64,000 nt of DNA from positions 14,756,001 through 14,820,000 of the forward strand of contig CM120646.1 in NCBI GenBank assembly GCA_051362555.1, in the 5' to 3' direction. The translations under genes and the position numbers were made by a program. The first letter of the stretch is position 1; every line of letters starts with the position of its first letter. Below are positions 50,718 to 61,600 of this stretch, one piece after another. This DNA is from Lingula anatina (taxonomy: Eukaryota > Animalia > Brachiopoda). Below the pieces are notes generated by a model. It made no database searches, was not told where the DNA came from, and saw only the letters and a program-made list of their open reading frames with translations.

Positions 50718-52630
50718 TTCAAAATTGACTTGTAATATTTGATTATTTTTGTGACAATAATTCAGCCATCACTGATTTATATCTCAATTAGCTGACCTAT
50801 ATATCAAGTGTGGCTTTTGTGGGTTTACTCTGTACTTGGTGCTTCAGAACATTCCTGTATTGCCAGCGGGGTTTGCACACAGCTTAAATTGTTCACCAAG
50901 TATTTGCAGTGTGAGAAAGAGTACAGTATTTCTGCATTTTCTGTGAGACCATGTTTCTTTTTTTTTTCTTTTTTTTTTTTTTCAACACTTTTTCTGTGTT
51001 CACTGGATGTTTAGGCAGGCTTTTTGTCATTTGCCAAATCTTCCAAATGGCAATTTGATACAGTACAGTTCATTCAAGAGGGAGGGGATCCTAAGTAAAT
51101 ATTTTGAGTTTTGAATACATTTTGACAGCAGAAAAAAATTGATAAGGGACAAAAAAGTATTTGATCAGCTGCGGTCTACTTCCAGTTAAGATAAACATGG
51201 CAAGGCAAAAATAAAAAAAATCTGACGTAAATGGGTGAAAAAAAAAAGAACAGTATTGAACAGCAATATGCTGGATCAATATTCAAATTAATTAATTACT
51301 GCATTGACTTAAAATTTGCAGTCTGATGCTTTTGCATTTCTGCCGTAGTGTCTAAAAAACTGCCGGCACTGTTATTCAGATGAACTGCGCTGTAACAACA
51401 TCCTTACTCATCACATGCTTGCCTTTTCTATTTTTTGATGATTTGTAGGAAAAAGTGGATAATTTTTTCAAGGATTTGCAAATTCCACCAAATAGCCCCC
51501 TTACACCCCTTCTTGGCAGAATGACCCGCGTCCGCTCCAGCTTGGACTTAGTAAGTGACCAGTACTGAAAAAGTAGCTTCTCTTCTTATAGATAATAGGC
51601 TGACAAAATTTTTTCTTTCTCAATCATTTTAATTTGTTGTTAAAATTGTACTCTTGTAGCATATATAAGCTGACATTTATAAATCTTCATTTGCCTTTTC
51701 CTTGTGTGAAACTTCGCTGCTTGTTCCATTCATGATTTGGTTTCGCCTTAGGATTAAAAAAAGCTGAGCTACAATAGCTTTAGCATTTCAACTTAAATTA
51801 ATAACTTCTATTTCCTATATTGATAATAAGAAAATAGATATCACATCCACAGCTTGACTAATAGTTGCTTTAGCTCACTTCACATTTCCTCATGATGTTT
51901 TACAAAATATCTTTTCTCCTGTCATATCAAAGGCACTAAAGCGTCCCGATGTCCTGCTGCCATTACTTCCCTTTCACTATACAAAGCTGTATCTGCAGTG
52001 CTATAAAAATAGATAGTTATTTCTGTGTGCACTTATCATTACTAAACCATCTTTTGCAGCTCTTGCAACACATCGGGGTTAGAATACTGAAAATTATTTC
52101 AAACCTTCAGCCGCTGTAGTATGTTTATTTGTTAGTTTGACAATGGCATCAAATAGAACTGCTCTTGAAACTATCCAGTTTGTTGAGAAGCTCTTCGCAG
52201 TCATTTTCACGTCAAACTAGATGCATACTAGTAGTATCAGCATGGAAAAGTGCAGGCTTAGAGCTTTGTTTTATTTGTGGCCTGGTGCTACAGCTAGGTT
52301 TTTATGCTTACATAAGAATACTACTTAGATATTTCCATTCATATGAAGTTCAACAATATAAATTGCATGTGAATTCACAAAAAAAAAGGTGTGATAAAAT
52401 GTAAATTTAAAATTTTTAATATTAAAGCACCAAAGGAAGCATGCATTAAATTACTCCAAGTATATACTAGTATCCTGCTGCTAGGTGAATAATTCACACT
52501 TGGAAGTAGAAAGATTTGGACCCATATACCTCATGAACATTAGTATAGATGTGGTCTATGGATCCAAATTTTATGATGCAGTGATGTGTATTCTATATAT
52601 TGATAATACTCTTTGCAAATTGTGTTTGAT

Positions 52631-52665
<35 letters not shown>

Positions 52666-55600
52666 TCTGTGTATTTATTTGTTTCATCATGTATTTATTT
52701 GTACATTTGAGGTTCAGTACACAATACCGGATGTGGACCATATACACACTTTTTCCTCCTGCTAGCAGAAAGCTGTGGTAGTAGATATATGCCTTGTTTT
52801 CAATTGTCAGGGGTTCTGCCTTAGAGAGCATTAATATCTGCAATGCTATATGCTTGTTATTAGTTATTTGAGAATGAATGTGCATATGCAGACATTTGTG
52901 AATGTTTTAAACCATTGACAATACCATTTGAAGTGATTCAATACTATTTGCTTGTATATGCTTGTTATTAGATATTTGAAAATGAATGTGCATATGCAGA
53001 CATGTATGAATGTCTTAAAATATTGGCATAACTACTTGAAGTGATTCAATACTATTTGCTTGTTTTTAGGTGTTTGAAAATGAACATGCATGCATGTGTG
53101 TGTGTGTGCACGCGTGCATGTTTTTAACCATTGAATCCATAGAACAAAGATGCCAGAACTTCACCACAAGGGTGAACTGCTATTATAGCATGGCTGGCCT
53201 ACTTCAGCTCCAGATATATGCTTGGATTGTGACTTCTCTTATAGTGATATTAATGTCTGAACATATTTACAGCTTGATCAGTGTCACTGTAGCCTATACT
53301 TTTGCTACCCTGTATTCATTTTCAGCAGCAGAGGGCTAGTCGATCTAGCAGCACATGCTTTACAATAGCAAGACATTTAACAAACCGACTGAGTGTCTAA
53401 CTCACTATGTCTTTTTGCACTGGACTTTGACTATTTTACTAAAACATGAGGTATCAGGGTTGCTTCATAACCAAGTAACTGTGGGTGCAGGAGCACACGC
53501 ATATGTGCACACGTGCACATACACACACATGCATGCACACGCACAAAGGGGAGTGTTGTATTCTACTCTTTAACAAACCGTGAATATAACCTGTAATATT
53601 CCCATGTCCCTGTATTGTGGTATGTAAAACTTTCAATAACAGTTGCTGCATTTTTACAGCATTTTTTGGCCTAAGTTTGTCAACCTGCTGTGTGAGTGGT
53701 ATTCCTGCTCTTCATTTACCCCATGCATCTGTCTCCAGACATAATCTCTCACATTCTGTTGTATGCATAGATACCAATGGATAACATGGGTATGAATTAC
53801 TTGCTGTGGGAGGTTCTTTTGAAAATTGTCTCTGGGGTTTCAACTGAGATCTCTCCATAATTCACTTGTTTGAATATCAGGGGGAAAAAAAAAACGTTGG
53901 AAATTCTGTGGTTGTGCATTTGGTTATTTTGCCACTTTTAACACAACTTGAATTCTTTGTAATTGCAATGCAGCTCGGTATGTTTTTTCCCCAAAGTCGT
54001 TGAAAATTTCTCTGCTCGACCCTTCTTTGCCCTACACCCACCAAATTGTCCTTGTTTAAACTTGGTGTTTGCTTATATTTCCCCAAGTTGTACCATGCCA
54101 GTCGCCTAGTTTTACTAAGCACCTCTGATGGAATAACAAGCTATAAAATCCCTGCAGATGCAACTAACACACTGTGAATACTAACTGCTTAGAACTAAGT
54201 GTAGAGGTCGCTAGTGGGTTAACCATGACACTCCTAATTCCAGGACAAACCTGATGGTAAAGATTTACCCACACCAACTAGCACACCCACTCAAACTAGA
54301 AAAAGTAGGAGGCGGTCTAATTTATTTACGGTAAGGTGGGAGCTTTTTCCATTTTCTGCTTTCAAATAAGTATGCCACTTTTATGTTGGTGATTCTGCTT
54401 TGTAGTAATATGTGATAAACCAATTTCTTTTGAGTAAAAAAGAAAGTCAATTGATGAAATTTTTGCATGGATGTGCACATTGGGTGGGTCTATTTTTATC
54501 ATCACTTTTGAACCAATTAATTGAAACAAAGTGATAATTACACTGCACTAGTCACAAAGCAAAAAAAAAACAAAACAAAAAAGTTTAAAATATGGATTGA
54601 GCACAACTGATTTTGTCACTTCATATCATAGACTGCACTTTTGAAACCCTTTCATGTTCATTTAATCATAAAAATTCTGTCTTCATGTTCAGTAAATCAT
54701 AAAAAAAAACTTTCCCCAAAATATGTCTCTGTTAATTCTATGAAGATTTAATAAATTGCTTCCTTTTTTTTACCTCTCCCTCTGTAGAGCAAAGTTGCCT
54801 CATTTCTGATTAATTGGTTTAATTGTTTGTTTTGTGAACAACGGGGATTTGTTTGCTTAAAAATAAGTCTTTTTCACCAGAAGTATATGTGGTGTTCTGT
54901 TTATCAATTGTCATGCTCTTAAACAACCCCTCCCCTCCTGTCTTAATGACAAGACTTTACTTCTTTGTCCAAAATTACGTCTGTAATGTGATTTCACAAA
55001 GCATCTCTCCGTTTTTAAAAATAAAACTGTCAAAGTTTGAGCAGAAAATGGAAAAGTAGTATCGGTGGATATTGTTCCTGATGAAATGTTTTGAGCTGAG
55101 GATTTTGTTCTTCTCTGATTTGCTGGGTAACACTAAGGAGTTCTTACACATTAACAAAGTTTTCTCTTAGGGTAATTTAACCATTTGACAGAGGTATAAC
55201 AACACATAACACCTAAAATACTTGTTAAATTTTAAACCCTTTTTTTTCAGAAATGCTGAAGGAGTAGATAACCAAATATATATGCAATACGCCAAGATGT
55301 GTTGTACGACCTTCACTTCTTGTTCAGTTGTGAAATTTAGTAGCTAGAACCCCTCGTTTCAGATCTATGCTTTATGATGGCTGTGCTATGCACAGTTAAT
55401 ACAAATACTTTCATATAGTATGTAGTCAGCACAGTTAGAGAGTGTTGTGGTCTCATGTTTCAGCCAAGCAAGAAGGATGAAGAGAGGCTAGGAAGTGGAA
55501 GAGTTATACCCATTAGACAGGTATGTTATACACATTAGACAGGTATGTTATATCCATTAGACAGGTATGTTATACACATTAGACAGGTGTGTTATATCTA

Positions 55601-58600
55601 TTAGACAGGTATGTTATACCCATTAGACAGGTGCATTATACTTTTAAGACCAGTATGTTATATCTATATGGCAAGAAAGTGATACTTAGGAACTAGGAAG
55701 CCACTGATTTTGAAGACAAATATTTGTGACTCATTTACTTATTTAATATAAAGGATTTAAGAATAGTTGAACAGAGTGTAACACTGAGCACAATAAATAT
55801 GCAACTAATAACTCATTATTAATTGTATAAAACAGCACTTTCATTCCCACTGCTTTCATTGTACATGATACTGTTTATGTATTTTATTCTCCAGGGCTAT
55901 CTGTACAAGAAAAGTAGCAAAGGTTTAAATAGAGAATGGAAGAAAAAATATGTGACACTCAATGACAATGGAATGCTTACCTACCATCCCAGCTTACATG
56001 TAAGTATCCATGAACCTATGATGAAATTAACTGATATATAATTATTGTATGGATCAGAACAGAAATGAAGAAAATGGTCAATTGAATCTTTACCTTTCTT
56101 TGTAAAATTTTCTTTTTATGTACAGACACAGATGTGTCTGTACATATTGCCATCACCTGCGTCTGTCGTCGCCGATGGCGATGCCGATGCCGATGCCGAT
56201 GCCGGCGCCGTGCACTTTCCTTGTAAACACGATAAGTGGAGGGCAGTTTTACTTTTTGGCTTTATATTTACAGAGCTGATGAATATTCATAAAACGCAGG
56301 TCAAGTTCGAAAATCAGCATGATCGGGCCATTATTGTAGAAGTTATGCTGTTTTTTCACTTTTCAGCATATTTTTCACATTTCCTCAGATTCAATTCTTA
56401 GGCATGTTAACAGTCTCATTATTAAACTAATAAGATACGTAAAAGTTTTTTGTTTGACATTTCCTGCATCTTTACAACATTGTTAGTTGATTTTGTAAAA
56501 ATGATGGTAAACTTGTTATCATGTATTGTGTAATAAAGTTTCAAAAATGGAAATAAACTCATATCATTCGGTTTGTCAGATTCAATCATTCACTATGTTC
56601 AGAATCTCAGAATGGAAGAAATTGGACATTTAACACTGCTCTGTTGATATTTTTCCCATCTCATCAATTTTCTTAGTTGATAATATAAAAATGGCAGTAA
56701 ACTGTTAATTTTGTTTTATGTTAAAAATTGTTAAAAATGGGAAAAAAAACATTTCAGAACAGTGCTGTCTTGTTTACATTTTGGCATTTTCAAGTTGTGA
56801 CTTTGAAGTTCCATGGGCCTGAAGACCTTTGCTAGTCACATTTTCTGAATATCCATGATACTAATATTTTATTCTTAAAAATTGATGGTCATCATGCTGT
56901 TAAACATTATGTAATATTGCATCAAAATTTGAAAAAAACCTATTTTGGGCACTGCTCCCATGATGACCATTTAAGAAAAACCATGTCACTTACTTTTCTC
57001 AAACATTACAGTAAATATATACAGATGTGTCTGTACATATTGCCATCACCTGCGTCTGTTGTCGCCGTCGCCGTCGTTGCCGTGCACTTTCCTTGTAAAC
57101 ACGATAAGTGGAAGGCAGTTTTACTTTTTGGCTTTATATTTACAGAGCTGATGAATATTCATAAAACGCAGGTCAAGTTCTAAAATCAGCATGATCGGGC
57201 CATTATTGTAGAAGTTATGCTGTTTTTTCACTTTTCAGCATATATACAACACTGTAAACACATTTCAAGGAAAACCGATAGGCCTGTTGTCGTGAAACTC
57301 TCAGGAATAATCGATCTTACTAAAACGGAGGTCAAGTTCGAAAATCGGCATGCAGCCTGAGTTGGAAAAGCAGTCTAATTGGCTTCTTTTTCTGGAAGTT
57401 ATACATTTTCAAAGTGTGAACTTGAACTCTCATGGGCCTGAAGCCTTATGCTTGTTACACATTTTACTTTCATTGGTACTACCTGTTGAGCATAATTAAA
57501 ATTTGATGTTGAATTTACAGTTTAACATAATGTACTTTTGCATCTGAATTGACAGTAGCCTATTTTGTGCATAGTTATTTCCTGCTTTTTGTCTGTACAT
57601 TTGACAGCTTTGCTGCCTTGTATTAACATTTTTATGTCAGACATTTGTACTCTGTTAGTTTCTGCACTGTTATCTTTTCAGAAAAGGGACCCTCTTTTTA
57701 TTTCTGCTGAGAATTTTTTTTTTTTTTTTAATCTTCACATAACGCATGTCTTTCTCTCTGTCTCTCACTGCAGGACTATATGGATGAAGTCCATGGTAAA
57801 GAGATAAATTTAATGAAAACAACGGTGAAGATTCCTGGACAGAAACCCCGAGGTTCCCGGGGTCCTACTCAGCCTGGGTCCAACGGGGTGACCACAGAGA
57901 TGAATAACCTGTCACTTGGGGGTGAGTTAGTGATGGCTTTATAGGTGTGTGTGTGTGTGTGTGTGATACAAAAAATGAATTAAATTTGATGTAAATAGTT
58001 TGTAAATTCAGTACTAATACATTGTTTTAGGGTTGAGAAATGTCAAATCCACAGTGTAGGCCATTTTTAAATATAAAAACAAAACCACAGCCTCTTACCA
58101 GACCACCATAAGATCTACAATGTTTTTTTTTTTTTTTTTCCATTTGAAAAAAATATTAAATCATTGGTCCATTTGGAAAGAAATATGTTTCAAAATTCGG
58201 GCCAATCCCACTCCTCAAAACCAACTTGAAATTTTTCCTTGGCCTTAAAACATAATTTTCTATATTTTGTATAGGAGGAAAACCTGGCAATAAAGGCAAA
58301 GAAAATGTGATGCAGGCAGGGGGCTCGGATCAGAAGGAAGGCGGTGGTCCTCGTCTTGGTTCTGTCTCCAGTAATTGTGATGACGCCATTGTTATATCCA
58401 ACTCCTCCATCACACCAGGTGAGTCACGTGCTCTCTGCATGCATGATGTCATTTGACATGCACTTGTATGTGTGTGCATGCTTTGATGGTGTTGTCAGTA
58501 TGAGCTTTCTGTCAAGCTTTTGGATTTTCGTCAGATTAGAGTGTCAGTTAAATGATCCACATAGAGCTAGGGGTAACCATGTATCTTGAAAATTCGTCTT

Positions 58601-61600
58601 AAAAGTATTGGCACACTTCTGATGCATGCTACATGTATAAAAGAAAATTTAGCAATACTGACCACAAGTCAAGTGGTATTCCATTTTTCGGGGGGTTCTA
58701 AAAGATTTGAAATTTGTCTGCTCTAAAATAAAACAGCTTGTTGTAGATTTGATAAGTTCAGTGGGAATAAAATAGTGCAGTTAATGAGTTCAAGTTCACA
58801 CTCAACAGATGTTCATATTTTCCCTTCTTTTGGGAGATGAAGATGCAACTTAAGGAAGTCTGAAAAAGATGCATCTTTATATTTCATAAATAGTTGTGCA
58901 TTTTAAGCATGTTTGTTTTCTTATTAAATTCTGCATCTTTGCCTTTGAAGCAAAATATGTAAATATGACTAAAAGTCAATTTTCATCTTAATATCTTCTT
59001 ATGGTCATGTTTTACTTTACATATATATTCCCAGAAAATGATTTAGCAATTAAAACACATATAAATTATCAGGTTTATTTTTTCTGATATGTGGTTTGTG
59101 TAAGCTTAATCTTCAGCCCTTTTTGCTTTACAATATACCCAAATATATAACCGATATCTGACATATATGTACCAATGAAGAATATCAGCCAGTGTTATTG
59201 ATTACATGCATTTTTTGCCACTGGCTTTGTCTGGTGTTAAAAAAAAAGAAAATGTGAATTTGCCTTAAGTACCATAAGATAATTAAGCTGGTGTTGCTTG
59301 CTGTGCTTGAATTTGCATAAAGCTTTATAAGTTTGCGTTTGGCAGTGATTTTGAGATGGGAGGGAGGAAGGCATAAAGAAAAGGATGGCAAATGCACATA
59401 CACCAAGTTTAACAAACTGTTTGCTTTCTTTGTTTTCCATAGATGTGTTTTCTGATGTTGGTATGTACAGCATGTATAGTAATATCAAAGCATGTGTTTA
59501 ATTAACCCATATGTTCATCCTGCATTCACAACATAGTATGGCATCAGCACATGGCTGCTGTCATACAACTCATGGCACCTGTTAATTTGCATTGTTAAAA
59601 AAGCATGGGTTTTCTTATTTAATAACAGAATTTAAATAAGCAGTGTTCCCATTTACTAGTAAGCATGTTGTAACTGCAGTTACTATGTTTAAGCATGCCC
59701 TTTCTTCATATATACTGATCAGTATTTAAAAATATGTTGTAACTGGTAGAGCAGTGGATTAAGCATGTATGCAACAAATATCGGACAGTGATCGAGCATG
59801 TGCTTTGTCACAATTTGTTGCAAAGTTTTGAGTTGCTTACAGTATTCAGTGGTTGTGGATAAGCAGTGTATCGTAACTCGTGTTCCCTGGTGGTAAACGC
59901 TGGTTGCCATGGCGATGTGTTAGGGTGCTAGTTAATGTAGCTTGCGGGGGCTTGATCCATTATGTAGACAAATTAGAAATAAAGATGTAAAAGGTAAAAA
60001 AAATGCTATTTAGATGATAGAGGTAGAGTATCCTGCAGTCTTTTGTTGCATGTGATATAATTAATAAATAAATAAGTGTATGTTTTGCGGAACTTAATAG
60101 CTAACAATAGGGATACATTATAGACATGTCCTTACTTATGTATTAAATTGAGCAGTTTATAATATCATTGTTGACTAATTTTAGAAATAAATGATTAAAG
60201 GTTGTAGCATAGATAAGGTAGTTGCAAAAGCAAAGTAACTTTTGTAATAAGAAAATAGATGTATATAATATTAATCCCCAAAAGTGTAGTTTTATAACAG
60301 TGTAGGTGGTATATCATAACATGATAAGGTTGAATGACTAGTCTTACATTGTATTTTGTCTTACTTGCAATTCCTATTCCATTTGGATCTAATATTGGTA
60401 AGCCTAGTTGTTGTGAATGCACCGGTTGAGATCTCCTGTCTCAACTAGCACATTGCACAGTTAGTTTTGCCAGATATTGAATCATATTGATATTTAACTG
60501 GAAATAAAAAGTGGTGATTTTGTATTTGAATGAAAACCTGACCTTAATTGGACTAAGATAATCATAACTTCTAACCACAAAGAATAATCCAACAAGAAGA
60601 AATATTATATGATAACAAAAATCTTTTATTCTGTGAATTAAAATATTCATGTCACTAAAGAAACTTTAAGCATTTAAAAATTAAACTGAAGTTAAGTAAT
60701 GAAAAAAGACGAGATAATATCCTTCAGGTCAATTTCTATTTAAAAGACACATCTCCATGTGAGATTACATTCTTTACCCTAACTTAATTATCTCATCACT
60801 TTGTCCTATCGCAGGTGTCTCTAATGGCGTGGACACGGCTATAGCTCAGATGGGGTTGAGTGCTGCACAGATGGCCCGAGCTGAGACGCCAAACGTGAAG
60901 AAGAGGCATCGCAGAGCCAAGAGCAGCAGTAAAAACGTGGAGGCTAGTCAGGCAGGAGATGGTGAGTGTGTATGTGTGCAGCTAGTACCAGTATTGATAG
61001 GTTTGACGTTAAAACTAAAGGGTATTTGTTAAATTAAATAGAATTTAGTAATACTTATTAGTACCACCAGCGTGTACGCTGGCGGTACTCATGGTTTTAG
61101 TCCCGACCCGTCTCGTCCAGCTCCGCCGGCTCCGTTGGCTCCGCCGGCTCCGTAAGCTCCGCCGGCTCCGCGTACTGGCGCCGGATACAAGTCACCGTTA
61201 CCGCTTCTCCTCCTAGACCACAAGGACCCCTGTCCCCATCTCTTGGATTTAGGTCACATATAACCTCAACTTGAACCCCCAGGTTTTTTTGTCTCAGTCG
61301 GTGCATTGACCTGGGCGTGACGCTCGTTGCAATGCACCCTTGTCAAAATTTTTGAAAATTCAATGCCAATTATCTACCCTACGGAAGGAATTATGGGAAA
61401 AATTTCTACAGACGGCTTTCCAAAAGTCATATGTGTAGATTTCAAATATGCCCTTGGATTTGACCTTTGACCTTTATTTCAAGGTCAAACGGGCCAAAAT
61501 TTTCAAAAAAATGAAATTTTTTACGAAAAAAAATATTATTTGCACTGTTATTCAGACACTACACAGACTTAACCAATAATTATATTGGAAAGTGTTACCC

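Noticed and set aside
52060-52077. Second 18-nt microexon (LLQHIG)
   Set aside because: The acceptor is plausible but the donor GTTAGA is weak and there is no other support.
61097-61306. (EPA)n-type ORFs here and DADADA ORFs at 56132-56401
   Set aside because: Translations of HINE microsatellites.
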